Assembly (NCBI RefSeq): GCF_009914755.1
Contig: NC_060936.1
Strand: one strand, 5' to 3'
Source: the human T2T-CHM13v2.0 reference genome, Homo sapiens
Length of the DNA stretch: 64,000 nucleotides
Part shown: positions 35,390 through 51,605 of the stretch, piece after piece
How positions within the stretch are numbered: position 1 is the first letter of the stretch
How the letters are laid out: every line of letters starts with the position of its first letter
The notes under the pieces: generated by a model
The model's input: only the letters and a program-made list of their open reading frames with translations
What the model was told of the DNA's origin: nothing
Database searches by the model: none
Made by a program: the position numbers and the translations under genes

Positions 35390-35700
35390 CATTCTTGCAC
35401 ATACTGCTCCCTAGACTTGGAACACCCACTCTAATGCCACCACCTCTGATTGGCAAATTCCTGTTACTCAGGACCCATCTCAGACCGGAAGCATTTCCTG
35501 AGGCACAATTACTCACTCCCATCACTGAGCCCATAGCTGCTGGTTTCTCATGTTATTAAACCATCTATCAAGTGATATTGCAATTTACCTGTTCCTGTGT
35601 TGATCTTTTCTCCCATTCTCTGGAATAAAAACCCTGTCTTAGTTGTCCCTATGTACTTAGTAAATGACATATAACAGGGCTCAATTCATTTTTGTTTCTT
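35390..35700 (+). mobile_element. L2 3' remnant
   Basis: ttgcacatactgctccctagacttggaacac ... gacatataacagggctcaatt, degenerate L2 3' motifs. Confidence 0.5.
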
Positions 35701-35754
35701 TGTTAAGTGGATGTGTTTCTATTTATGTGGGCATTATGAAATACTAACAATTAT

Positions 35755-36010
35755 AAGAACAGTAATAGTTAACATTTACTGAGTGCTTCTTACATACTAG
35801 GCACTGTCTGGAGTGCCTTCAGTGTATTAACTCATTTAACTCTCCCAACATTATACAGGAGGTAAGTACTACAATCCTCTTCAGAGATAAGAAAACTGAA
35901 GCACAGAGAGTTAAAGTAACTTGTCCTAAGTCACACAGCTACTTGGTGGTGGAGTTAGGAATTGTACTCAAGCAGTCTGACATCTGAAGCTACATACTTA
36001 AGCAATGTGC
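35755..36010 (-). mobile_element. MIR
   Basis: aacatttactgagtgctt...agataagaaaactgaagcacagagagttaaagtaacttgtcctaagtcacacagct core. Confidence 0.9.
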
Positions 36011-37389
36011 TATATGGCATCTATTTTTTTCCTTAAGAAAAGAATCTAAAGACAATTTTAATGGACAGGATAAATAATTTTACATAGAAAAATAAAAATT
36101 GCCATCACCAAAAGACAGTGTCTCAGGATTAACCTGAAAGCTATTTTTGAATGAGGCAGAGCTATACCTTTTTGCCTGAAGAGAAGTCTATGATGTATAG
36201 TTAAGAAAACCAAATTGTAAAGTAATTTTGTAGTGATTCCTTGTGAATAAGAAGAAAATAGTAGAAGGCTTATACAGCTTACACTTCTTCCTTTCACATC
36301 TTTCTCCTTGCTTACAAAACATATACCTGTTGATCAGGCTGTAAATATCAGTTATGGTATGGAAGTTCACTACAGTGGGAGGTGTTATTATTATTATTTT
36401 TTCTTGCATTATTTCATTGGTTTCAGTGGCAACATCACTCTGAATATTTGAAGAGGAATTTAATAAAGAAAAATTTATTGGCGACTAATAAACTGAAATT
36501 CCAGGGAGAAATCCCAGAGAAGATGACTCTCCAAGTCACGCCTGGAGCAAGCAGGCAAAGTCAGCTTCGTTCAAAGCAGTTTCCTTGACACCCTCATACA
36601 AGAAGCAGTAGTTTCATTCTTAACAGGAAGCACTGTAGGAAACGAGGAAGTTGCAGTGAAACCAGAGGACTAGGCCTAGTGGTGTATTACATAGTCACGG
36701 ATTCTTCTCCCCAGGCTCGCTTCGCCCCATTGCCCCTCAGGCCTGGGCGACTTGCTCGCTGCCCCCACCTGCCATCTCAGCCTGTCCTGGGTGAAGACCT
36801 CCTCAGTCATCCGCATCTGATGGAGCATCTCACAAAGGCTTTGGCTCCTGCCGCCATGTCTGGGTTCAGAGGAAGGACTTGCCGCGGGACAGGCGATCTG
36901 GCTTCCCCTGCAGCGGCCCCAAGGGACTGGGGACACAATCTGGAAGCACCAGGGAGGTCATGCTCTGTGCCGCAGGCTTGACAGGAAATGGAAAAGAGCC
37001 AGAGCATCAACCTCTCTCTCATCCTCCCTCGAACACGTCTTCTGAGGCCCACTGCTTCCACATAGCCTTTGCAGAGATGTCCGTTGACCAGGCAGCAGAC
37101 TAGGTCTTCTCGTGAAGCTACAGCTGCTCTGTAATGCACTGCCTTGTCTTTGCTTTCTCTCCTTCGCTGCTCCCTTCCCATTTTGCTCTCAGTCTTGCTG
37201 TCCTGGGAGCCAAGAGTCAGCAGTAGCAGGTTAACTTTCATTAGGCTTCGTCTTCTAGGGGCCCAGGGTTAAGGCATAGTGAGATATCCAGGTTTTAGAA
37301 ACGTTAATATCTGATGTTATAAATAGACTTTAGGTTGAAAATTGGGAAGCACTGTTTGAAGTTCAAGCACATGACTGATAGGCTTTGGG

Positions 37390-37515
37390 AAGGATACTAT
37401 GCTCCCTATCTGGGTGATGGGATCTGTACCCCAAACCTCAGCATCATGCAGTATGCCCATGTAACAAACCTGCACATGTACCCCTGTATCTAAAATAAAA
37501 GTTGAAATTTAAAAA
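37390..37515 (+). mobile_element. L1PA16-like 3' tip
   Basis: ccccaaacctcagcatcatgcagtatgcccatgtaacaaacctgcacatgtacccc...aaataaaagttgaaa. Confidence 0.88.
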
Positions 37516-38519
37516 TTTTTCTTTGTTTGATACAAGAAAATGTAGGCTAGACATAATTATTCTGGAAAATAAATTTTATTTAAATTACATAGAAAAGAAT
37601 TAACTTAGGATTTTTTGCAGAGCAGGATGTTGTGAATGTTTAAATACCTTGTTTTTAAAAATTGTATTGTGTGTCTTCACTAATAGTGTTATATCTTTTG
37701 AATTAACAATCTGTTATGTCCAAGTAAAAAATGGTAGCTTTATCGAACAAATATTTTGTATTTTGACCACTATATAGTTAAAATAAAATAAATCCAAATA
37801 AAAGTAACATATGCTTATTTAGAAGTTTGATAAATAAATGAATGTATGAAATAAATAAATGAATGTATGAAAATTAACAACCACCTATAATCTTATCATC
37901 CAAATACAGCCACGTTAACATTTTGGTAGATGTTTGCCCATGTTTTCTATGAATAGAATGGATATATTTTACATATCTACAGATTTACTTATATATTTTA
38001 CATTAATGGATATAATAGGGTAATATATGTACCATGCATATATGTAGAATATTTTTCACATGTGCTATGTTAATATTTGTATGTAATTTATAAAACCTGA
38101 ATATATTATATATATGATTTAAAGTTTTATTGTTTAACTTAATATATTATGAGATATTTCCTAAGTTACCAGGTGTTCTAAGACATGCATTTTAATGGGG
38201 ATATTCAGTATTTCACGGTATGGGTAGGTCAGAGTTTATACTTAACCAAATACTGTTGTTGGATATTTGAGATGCTTGGTTAAGAGTCCCTATATACCTT
38301 TACTTTTTTCTTTTCAGAAATGTAGAATTCAGAGGGACAAAAGAAATCTTCTAAAGATGGTCTAGTTTACTCCTCCAGTACTATCCTTTAATCATGTCTA
38401 TAAGCAGGACATTAAATTCCATTTTCTTTTGTTCTTTCTGTTTAGGTGCCCAATACCTTCAGCCTCCTATCGCTTTGTTTCTTGCAAAAAATGATTGTCA
38501 AAACTTCATCTGTATAGTA

Positions 38520-38770
38520 ATAACAGTAATAACAGCTAGGCATATAATGCTTACCATGTTCCGGGTTCTAGTCTAAGTATTACATGTATTTCAACGCATT
38601 TAATTCTTGCAAAGCCTTCTGAAGTAGATACCCATAACTATCCCCAAATTAGAGCTGAAAACACAGAGAGATTAACTTACTTATTTAAATTCATACAGTT
38701 AGTAAGTGGTAGAACTAGAATGTGAGCCTAGACAATCAAGTTCCAGAATCTGAATTCTAATTACTATGCT
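38520..38770 (-). mobile_element. MIR
   Basis: ctgaaaacacagagagattaac...catacagttagtaagtggtagaactagaa core. Confidence 0.75.
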
Positions 38771-39269
38771 CTAATGGATGACTCCTAAAAGAAAGATGCA
38801 AAGAGGTTTCATTCTGAATTCTAATTTCAATCACTGGAAATGGCTGCCTGGAACAATACGTTCAGAATGATTCTGATGCTGTATCTGAGCTTAGAGGGGA
38901 AAAGGGCCATGATATATGAATAATATTCCCTTGTTTGAAAGAGGAGAGTGATTGTATATTTGCCATTTTTGCCCTATAATTTTAGTTACCCTAGAATTAT
39001 TTAAGTTCAAAAAGATAAAACTCTAGAGATTAAAAAAAGTGTAGGTGGAATAGGGTTTATGTATTTATTATTTTTGCAGGAGGGAGATGAGGGGGCAGAG
39101 GTTTGTGCTATTTTAGCCTGTGCTACCTCTGTCAGTGCAAATGACTCCATATGCATTTCAGGACCTCCATTTTTACAATTGTTTTTAAAAGGAGCCTGTT
39201 GCATTCTGTCTGTCCTTGGTAGATACAAAAGCAAAGAACAATGAAAACACAAAGAGTTTGGAGACATAG

Positions 39270-39440
39270 ACATATGGGCTTCCTTTTTCTGGTTCCATCA
39301 AATTAACTGTGTGTTCTTCTAGGATAGTTACTTGACCTTTCTTACCCTCAATGTTCTCATCTGTAAAATGAGAAAATAATTCTTACTTCTTAAATTGTTG
39401 TGAAATTAAGTTAGGTAATTGTGTATGAAGTCCTTTGCAT
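39270..39440 (+). mobile_element. MIR
   Basis: agttacttgacctttcttaccctcaatgttctcatctgtaaaatgag core. Confidence 0.75.
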
Positions 39441-39893
39441 ACAAAAGACAAATGTTCTCTCCTTTACTGTCTCATATGCACCAACAGATTGTATCCTTGC
39501 ATATTGTTTTTCCTTTGATTACTTCTCATAGAATCCATTTACTAAAATCTTTAATAGCTTAAAAGTTTTTTGTTTCTTGTTTATATGGAAATATTATCAA
39601 GTTTTAGTTATAGATATTTCAGAAATTAACATACAAATGAAGTCCTTGCTAGTCTTTGGTAACCATACAAAACTGTACAATGGGTCAATTTAGTGCTTGC
39701 TTGCTCAATAATTATGTTTTAAAAAGTTTTAATAGAATGTCTGTTCTTTTTATGTTCATAATAGCACCACTATCCAAGGCAGAAACTTGAGTCTTTATAT
39801 CAGTTTTCTTTCATTTTAGATTACTTCTATTCCTATTTCTTCATGTTCACTAATCTTTTCTTTGGCAATATCTAATTTGCTGTTAATTCCATC

Positions 39894-40464
39894 TGTGTAG
39901 AAAAGACATAATATAGCAGGCTTGATGTTGCTACCTTTAGAATGATCTGCTTGGGGGGCTTGCCCTAGACTATCATCTGGGAACTTGGCTTTGGAATGTT
40001 CCCTACACTGATAAGGATGATTTGCTGACCTGAGACACCGAACTCTTATATACCAGCTTGCCTAGATTATTTGTGCAAACAATGTAATTAATGGTGAATG
40101 CCAGCCTTTCTACCAGATGTCTAAATTTGGTAGCTGTGGCTTATCGGAGGCAGAGACTGCCAAAATAATCAGCCCCCAGTGAAAACTCTGAACTTTGAGA
40201 CTTAATCAGAAACACTGCATTTTGTTGGCTAAAAGAGTGTGTTCTATGTGGCCACCCCGTCTCTCTTCAGCCCCAGAGGGAGAACTTTGGAAGCCAGTGC
40301 CTAAATTCCTCCAGGCTTCACCTGGTTTGTCTTTTTCCCTTGCGAGGCTGGCTGTATATCTTATGCTTGATAAACCATAGCTGGGATCATCTTGCCTCTG
40401 AGCCCTATGAGCCCTTCTAGTGAGTCCTAAATGTGTGGGTGGTAGTTATGAGACATCCAAAGCA
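39894..40464 (+). mobile_element. Solo LTR, MER77/MER68-like (ERVL)
   Basis: TGTGTAGAAAAG...ATAGCAGGC start, CA end, exact 5-bp TSD CCATC (39889-39893 / 40465-40469). Confidence 0.85.
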
Positions 40465-40521
40465 CCATCCATTGAATTTTTAATGCCTAGAAGTTTAATT
40501 TGAGTGTTTTAAAATATCATC

Positions 40522-41762
<1,241 letters not shown>

Positions 41763-41780
41763 GTGAATGTCTATACTTTC

Positions 41781-43010
<1,230 letters not shown>

Positions 43011-43785
43011 CTATACTTTCATGTGATTCTTTGAAACATTAAGGGTTTGGATTTCTCATCACTAGGGTCAACGCTTGGCACATAGTAGGTAGTCAAACAT
43101 TATCTGTTGAATAACAAAATAAATAAATAACTGGTGTCCTTAACTTTACTGTGAAGTTGAAGATACGGTATTATTTTTTATTCACCAGACTAGACACTAT
43201 TAAAGCTTCAAAAAACTCTACTGAGATCTATATAGGGTTGGGTTAAAAATTCCCGCCCTGCCACAGCAACTCTCTGATCCTGCATCTTTTCCCTTCCTAG
43301 AATGACATGTACCTTGTAAGGTAGGCATGAAAGTTAAAGGAGAGGGGGTGTACGCAAAGCACACGGTAAGTTCTCAGTGAAAATGGGAGTTCTTGCCGTT
43401 CTTGGTGTGCTGAAATAATGACCATACATTGATACAGAGATTTTGTCATTCATGTGCTTTTTATATATGTATCTTATATAATCCTAACAATTTATTTCCC
43501 CCAAATAATTAATCAGCATTGTCATAAAGCAAATGAAAGTCCACAGAATCTTCCAGAATAATAAAAAAATAACTGGCTAAAATTGGAATATTTGGAGACT
43601 TGACAACAGAGCTTTGCTTGTATGGAGGTCTCTTAAACACCACCTCTATTTCTGGTTTTCAAGAAGAACATCTGAGCTTGCATGATAGACCTTGTCTCTC
43701 AAGTTTTCTACCTGTTCTTTCTCATCTAGTTGTGTGTGCCAAAAACTATTTCTCACACACTCTCCTTTGTACTCACCTTTTATAA

Positions 43786-44285
43786 TGTGAGGCCTAAAGT
43801 TAATAGTATGTGCTGTCTTGACATCTGGTAAAATTGGGAAGGCCTTGAATGGCCTAACTGCAAGTTCTCCTCCCTACTCTCCTCTCACAGATGACATCCC
43901 CCCAGCCAAACAACCCTCCTTTTTGAGGGGACCAGGTGCAGTTCCTATTTAACCCTGAGTAGTGGGTTTTAATTTCCTCCTAAGCAGTTTTTCAAACAAG
44001 CCAATTACATCCTCCTGTGGGAACCAGGAGGCACCACACCCTCTTGACACTACAAAGCCTGCCTCTCACAGCCCCTGGTTATTCATTCTGTTCCCGATTG
44101 CAACCCCTGTGTGGCCCTGAATGGTGTGCTGTGTCCTCCTCCCCTAGGCTGGGGTATATGTGACTAATGAACTGCTGTTGGTCTCATCTGTCCAATGCTT
44201 AGTGTCGTGTGTTTGGCCATCTTCCTAACCCTAAGGGGGAATCTCTCTGTCACTGATAGGATGAATAGAAACCCATTCAAACCCA
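43786..44285 (+). mobile_element. Solo LTR, LTR47-like (ERVL)
   Basis: tgtgctgtcttgacatctggt...aatggcctaactgcaagttc...gccaaacaaccctcct motifs; 3' boundary approximate. Confidence 0.65.
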
Positions 44286-45239
44286 CTATGCCTCCTACTT
44301 GCATTGCCGCTCCCAGTCTTTCAGTTCTTATAGTGAAATGTCAAGGCAGTGCCTCCAGATTCACTCCATTGAACACGAAATTTAGGTTAAAGAGTGTGAA
44401 GGGGAGGAATGGGAGGAAGAAATATGGCATTTAAAAATGTGCTTGCTAATACTTTGAAAACTCTGGAGGTTTAAAGATAGGTTCCTATAAGAGATCAGGG
44501 AGGAGGGAATAAGAAGTGAGACCTGGTTTCTCTTGCTCTGGCTTTGCCATATGTTGGGAGAGGATAACCTGAAGTTTGGCAGACAGGATGCTCTTCCTCT
44601 TCACTCTATTCTTCTCTTCATTCGCACCCATCAGGGGAAGGAGTCTTTAAACCCCATTATATATCCAAATTATGCTGTGAGATGTGGCCGGTAATTGGGA
44701 AGAAGAAACCTTGCTTGTTTAATGACCTCTTTGGTCAAGGCTCCCAATAGGAATATTGGAATCCACTGTTACATCCCAAAATAGAACCAGAAGCAATGGT
44801 CTGGTTGTCTTGAAGAGCTAGTAGGTAGGAGGGACGGAGCCAGAGTCTTTGGGTGAGAAAAGGGAGGGAAAAACAGAAGTATCAGTACAGCATCTGTCCT
44901 ATTGGAACTGATCTATTTAGGGGTATAAAATATAATTTTTACCACATATATAAATAATAAGAATATAATTAAATTAAAAAATATGATGTTTCTGTCTATA
45001 GTGTATTTCCTCATAAAATTCCTAGTTTTAGACACATTTGATTGAATACTTTCAGTTAAAAGGAGAATTTTAGATGAATCTGGGAACTTTTCATAGGTAG
45101 CTGAATTTATAGTTTTCCTGCTAGCTGGTAAGATGTGTAATTGTCTCAGCTGGCAAAGATCTTCTTTCACCTTGACTAAGAATGGTCTTTCCTAAGATAA
45201 TGAGAGAGAATTCTACTAATATTCATCGAACAGTCTGGG

Positions 45240-46195
45240 AACCATACAAATAATACACCAGGCTCTATGCTAAGTACTTGCTTCCACGTGTTAACCCATT
45301 TAGTCCCCATAAAACCCTACAAGACAGACGGTGTCACTGGTTGTTACTTAACTTCTCTGGGCCCCATCTATAAAATGGGTGGAGTCACAGTACCCATCTC
45401 ATTGAAGTTCTTGTGAAAACGAAGTGACAGAATCAATGTAAAGCACGTCACCCAATTCCTAGTACACACTAATTGCTAAAAACATTAGCAAAAAAAAGCT
45501 ACACTAATTTTATTCCTGACTATTCATGGGAAGTGTTCACAGATGTTAAAAATATTTGAAATTTTTAAAGCACTCAAAATGTTACACATTTCATCACTGG
45601 GCCATGATTTGAGCACAAGCTTGGATCAGTACCTGTTACAGCTAGGTCATCTCTCAGACCACAGAGGTGTGTTGTGTTTTCTGGCCCACGGCACAGGGTA
45701 GGCAGTGCAGTATTTGGGCTAGCACAGGGGCTAAGACAAGGACTGTGGAGCCAGATTGCCGGCCGTTTAGTAGCTGAGTAACCTTCGGCATTTACTTAAA
45801 CTTCCTGCGCCTCAGTTTTTGTAAAATGGAGAGAACTAGTACAAACTTCAGAGGATGGTCATGAGGATGAAAGCAAACAGTGCATGTAAAGTGTGCCTGG
45901 CATGTAATGAGCACTTATAAATGGTAGTTATGACACCTCGATGAACAGCATTTGAGTAGATCCTAATACAAATACTAACAAGGCATGAGACCCGGAGTTC
46001 TCACCATTATCATGTAGAGAAGCCTTTGATAAGAATGGGTTTGGGTGTTTAAAGAGCCAGCATGTATTATTTGCAAGGCATCATGTTAGCACTTTACCCA
46101 TTTTATTTAATCTTCATACTAATGCTGTATGATAGGCACTATTGTTCTTCCTATTTTACAGATGAGGAAACTGAGGCACAGAAAGGTTAAGCACC
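45240..46195. mobile_element. Cluster of MIR fragments (both orientations)
   Basis: Cores: ttacttaacttctctggg..ccatctataaaatggg; cctcagtttttgtaaaatgg; attttacagatgaggaaactgaggcacaga. Confidence 0.8.
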
Positions 46196-47469
46196 CATTA
46201 CTCCAAGCAGTCAGCATGACTCATTACACTGAAGGGCCATACAAATGTGGTTTAGGGTACAGGGTACAGCGCTCACTCAGCGATAGTGTTCACATGCTCA
46301 ATGCTGGGCCGTTGATCAGGAGGCAGCAGCCTGGTCTTGGAGGGCAGAGGGCATGCTAAGCCCTTGCAAATTCATTTGTTTGTTAGCAGAGAGGGCCAGA
46401 TGTGGTGGTGACGGTCTGCGGGCACATTTCTTACCCGTTCGCTGAGAAGCCACTGTCTCAAGAGGCCACCTCACCGAGCCTATTAGCTAAGGAGATACCA
46501 GAGAAAGTCTTTCCCAAACTGTGGGTACCTGGCCTTAGGGTGAACTGAAAAAAATCAAGGGAGAAAGGGATGGATCATGTTTCCTAGAGTAACATGCCTC
46601 CCAGTACAACACTGAGATGAGTCAGTGATGGCTTGTTTCTGCCCAGAAATATCCATCCTACCACCTATCTAAAAACCTCTCTATTTCCAGAATTCCCCGT
46701 TACAAAGGGAAGGACACAGGGGCCATGTTTAACTATCTTCAGTTAATCCCTCAGAGTAGCTGCTTTATGTATATTTGCTGAAAACATCAAATTTAATGTC
46801 ATCCAGCTGAGGACAACAAAGGTAACAAGGATGGGAAACTAAAGGGTGTTTGTGGTTGGGGATAGGGTGGTGTGAGAGAAAGGATGGGGATGGGGAAGGA
46901 GGAAATCTGAGAGGGAAATTGGTTGAGCACCAAAGACAGTCCCGCTGGCTTCCAATTTCTCTTAAGCAGCCTTGGAAATGGCATTCAGGAGGACCTCGTG
47001 ATTTCTTGGCATGTGAGTTGTACAACACTGACCTTAGAAGAGGAGTATTGTTTCTTTCATCTTTAAAAACACTTTACTTTCTATTCAGCAGCTGTCTTAT
47101 TGCAATTTGAGTACCCATCAGTCAAGTAGACATTAAGTGGTTTCTTATATAAATACTTACAGAGTTCTGACTTTGCAAGCATCTCTGAAAAGCATTCTGT
47201 TCCTTCTAAGTTCTTTGAAATTTTCTTTTGGCTCCACCAAGTGTATACAGACATATCCAGAGATGGAAACTGTTCCTGTGCAAATTAACTTCACAATCAC
47301 AAAGTTAGGACAAAAGATAATGCTCAAAATTCACTACTGGAAGCCCTCTGGAGGATCATCACCAGGCAACATGATTGGGAAATTTCTTTTGCTATAAATT
47401 ATTGACCTCGTTTAGAAGAGAAACTTTAAGAACTGTTTTTCTTGACTTAAAATGGTCTTGATAAAATGG

Positions 47470-47690
47470 TGTCCCGGCTCAAGCTATCCTCCCGCTTCCA
47501 CCTCCAGAGTAGCTGGGACTACAGGCACGCACCACCATGCCCAGCTAATTCTCTTTTTTTTTTTTTTTTTTTTTTTTGTAGAGACGGGGTTTTGCCTTAT
47601 TGCCCAGGCTGGTCTCAAACTCCTGGGCTCAAGCGATCTGCCTGCCTCCACTTCCCAAAGTGCTGGGATTACAGGCGGGATCCACCGTAC
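47470..47690 (-). mobile_element. Truncated AluJ-like
   Basis: ggctcaagctatcctcccgc...ctcccaaagtgctgggattacagg-type motifs with long T linker. Confidence 0.88.
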
Positions 47691-48482
47691 CCCATTAACA
47701 AATTTTGTTCAGATTTTTTTCTGTATTCTTATCTTTGTCTCTATTGATCTACCAATTGATCGATGAGCACAATACCATTTTGAGATATTAATAACTTTTT
47801 ATTATGCATTTTATTGAAGTATCGTATATAGACAGAAAAGTACATAAATCACAAGTATACTAAATGTGTTTCTGTAAGCTGAACACACTTGTGTGCCTAA
47901 TACCCGGCTTAAGAAACAAAACATTACCAGCACTGGTGTGTATCTCCTCTGAATTTACTTGTACCCCAAGGCCCTTTCTTCACCTCAAGCATGTAGGATT
48001 TTCCACCTTCATGCCTTGGGAAAAGGAGACATTAGCAGATGTAGAAAAAAAGAGCAGATGTAGAAAATAAGCCAAGGGATTTGGAAGAACATGAATCAGT
48101 TTGAGCTGATATTTTGAACCTTAAGTCTTGATAAAGGATTCTTGTTGAGGGGGAGGAGAGAAGACAATAAGGAAATGGTGCATAGACATTGGTGAGTCTC
48201 CCAGAAGTGCCATTGGTCCTGCTTTAAGTTCAGAGATTCTGTAAGAGAAGCTGTGGATATGAATTTTGATGCATATGGAAATATTTCCAAATCTTCCTAC
48301 TTCAATAGGGTGAAGGCCTGAACTCTTGTTCAATTCAGCCAGAGCAGCCCCCAGTGTTCCACTTCTCAATGAAGCCTTCCATGTCCTAATGTGCACATCT
48401 CAGACATGCAGGTGACTCGGATGCAGACGGTCCTTGGTTCTCACTTGCAGAAACGTAAGTATAGGTTTTTGTCCATGCCATG

Positions 48483-48630
48483 ACCATGGTTCTCAGGCTT
48501 GTCTGTACATCAGAATTACCTGAGGATCTTATTAAAAACAGATTCCTAGGACCAGCAGCTGACTTTTATCAGGTCTGGCAATCCGAATGTTCACCAACTC
48601 CCTAAGTGATTATTATACACCAGTCTGGCA
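48483..48630. mobile_element. MER5-like hAT DNA transposon
   Basis: tggttctcaggcttgtctgtacatcagaattacctgagg...aacagattcctagg. Confidence 0.65.
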
Positions 48631-49731
48631 TCCATTGAAGGGTTAGATTTGGGATGGCTCGTCCCTATGGCCTACGAACTGTATCGTTGTATGAGGGCAA
48701 AGATTCAGTGCAGTGCTGTCCAAGTGACCCAGCAGATCCCATCTGATGTTGATGGGAGGAGAGGAGAAGGTGTTGATGGGAGGCGAGAAGCTCAGATGGT
48801 AAGGCTCCTTACCTGCCTCTTATTCAACCAGACCAGTCCCTTCTACCTAACGGATACTTGCAGAAAGGATTCCAAGGTCAAGAGAGGTTTTCAAATCACT
48901 CTCTATGCCACAATACCAACCATTATCAACCATACCTTTTGCTCTGTCATTTGTTTTATCAGCAGAGGAATTTATGTGAGGATAAGGGCACCCCCTTTGT
49001 AGGCCAAAGTCCTCTCTTATTCCCTGAAGAAGATCAGCACTATCAGCTCTGATACTGCTGATCTCTTCTTTTTAGCACCATGCCAGCATCTTCAGGCCTC
49101 CTGAGGCTCCTAAGAGATGCTGTCACGGATTAGATTATGTCCTTTGATTACAAGGTCCCCTGAGCATGGATGTGGAGGCTTTTAGAATTCTGTTGTCAAT
49201 TATTAAAAATGTAGTAAGGGTCCAGAGAACACTTACAATTAAAAAAGACCTTTAAAAGCCACAGTTATAACAGAGCTGTATGTATAATTTTTTTTAAACC
49301 CCTCTAGGGGAGCTACTCTAAAGTGAGAACTCCAAGTGCAATGGACTGTTAGGATAATATATAAGCCATTGATCAGTTACATTTAGAATATGTTCTGCTA
49401 AAGCCAGCACCTGGCACCACTAATGATGGGGCATGTCTTCTTGTTTAGGGCAGCTGCTGACTGGGATGAAAGTACAATTGAGACTCCATGTGTGTCAATG
49501 GGAGCAAATGGAAAAAGGAGAAACAAGATAGAGCAAAAACTGAGAATTTCAGACCCCCTCAAAACAATCCTTCAAATTTGATACTGAAGGATAAGTTAGA
49601 GAGGATACAAAAGAACTCACAGGAGCCAGGTGATTTTCATTCAAAATATGGAACTGGCCAGCAAAAACAAAGGATGATGAGGTCATCATTCTGTCATTCA
49701 AAATCCTGGTACTGGCTGTAGGGTAAGATGG

Positions 49732-50083
49732 TGTCTTAGTCTGTTTTGTGCTGGTATAACAGAATACCTGGGACTAGATAATTTATAATTAACAGAAATT
49801 TATTGGCTTATAGTTCTGAAGGTTGGAAAGTCTAATACTAAGGTGTCAGCATCTGGCCAGGGCCTTCTTGCTGCATCAGAACATAGTGGAAGGCAAAAAT
49901 GTGAGAGTGCAAGAGAGCAAACCCATTTTCAAAAGCTTTTTAAAATAATGTTTTTACTCAATTCATGAGCGCAGAGCCCTCATCACCTGAACACCCACCA
50001 TTAGGCCCCATTTGCCAACTCTGTTGTATTGGGGATTAAATTTCCAACACATGAATTCTGAGGGACACATTTGGACTATAGCA
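49732..50083 (-). mobile_element. MST/MLT1A-type MaLR solo LTR
   Basis: TGTCTTAGTCTGTTTTGTGCTG...GGGATTAAATTTCCAACACATGAATT...ACTATAGCA. Confidence 0.88.
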
Positions 50084-50194
50084 GGTGAGGAACATTCTAA
50101 CCTCTCAACTGGATTTAAGAAGCAAGGATAGGAAAATCAGAATCAGGTGGTGTTTTGTTTTTAAATTTTCTTTTTTCCAAGTAAACTTCGGTGG

Positions 50195-50472
50195 TTTTTT
50201 TTTGAGACATCGTCTTGCTTTTTCACCCAGGCTGGAGTGCAGTGGCTCAAACACAGCTCACTGCAGTCTTGACCTCCTGGGCTCAAGCCCCTCCCACCTT
50301 AGCCTCCTGAGTAGCTGAGACTAACCATGCTTGGCTAACTTTTTTTTAGTTTTTGTTGAGGCAAAGCCTCACCTTGTTGCCCAGGCTGGCGTCAAACCCC
50401 TGGTATCAAGCAATTCTCCCTCTTCAGCCTCTCAAAGTGCTGGCATTACAGGTGTGAACCACCACATCCAGC
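50195..50472 (-). mobile_element. AluJ-like
   Basis: cacagctcactgcagtcttgacctcctgggctcaagc motif. Confidence 0.9.
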
Positions 50473-50484
50473 TCCAAAGTGGAC

Positions 50485-50920
50485 TTCTTACTGAAGAATA
50501 TTGTACATACATGAAAGTACTAAATCATGAATGAATGGCTAGGTGAATTTTGATAAAGCAAACTTGTCATTTTACAAAGCGAGCACAAGATGATAAGACA
50601 GGACATTCACAGTTCCTCAGAGGCCCCATCTTGCCTTCTGATCACTGCTTCCCAGGAAGGAGACTCCTATTCTAATTACTAACACAACAAATTCATTTTG
50701 CTTATTTCGAGCTTATATAAATGGATCCAGACAGTATATACTTTAAAAATCTTCTTTAGCATTATACTGTCATTCATCTATGTATTTGTGTGCAGCTGTT
50801 CATTTTCATTACTGTAGAGTGTTCCAACATATGAACACACCACACATACTCTATTCTGTTGTCAGACCATTTAGCTATTCTCAATCTTTTTCTATCACAG
50901 ATAATGCTACTATAAACTTA
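50485..50920 (-). mobile_element. L1ME 3' end remnant
   Basis: gagcttatataaatggatccagacagtat...cattttcattactgtagagtgttcc motifs. Confidence 0.6.
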
Positions 50921-51328
50921 TGCATTTTTAAAATAATTTTTATCCTTTATATTATTATAAAAAGAATTCAACTACTTTTATTGAAGGAGAAAATGTAGAA
51001 CAAACAGCAAAATATTTTCTTAGAACTAGGAGCCACATTACAGCAATACTATTTTTTCTATAATAATAAAATATAATTAGCATACATATTATTGATTAAT
51101 CATGATCTTTTTTACATTTGAAATAGTGGTAGAAACCCACAAACACACGATTAAGGGACTGAGAAAGTATTAAGTGGCAATACAATTACATTTATGGGTG
51201 GAGCTTCTTTAGTTGAGAAGACAAATGTATAATGTAGTTTTCTGCTTTCCTTATTGTCTATAATCTCAGTGATCTTTTCATGATAGGAAATTCTTAAACC
51301 AATTCATAATACGTTATAACTGTATCTT

Positions 51329-51605
<277 letters not shown>

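Noticed and set aside
37831-37872. TAAATAAATGAATGTATGAAA twice in tandem
   Set aside because: Ordinary slippage duplication in AT-rich DNA.
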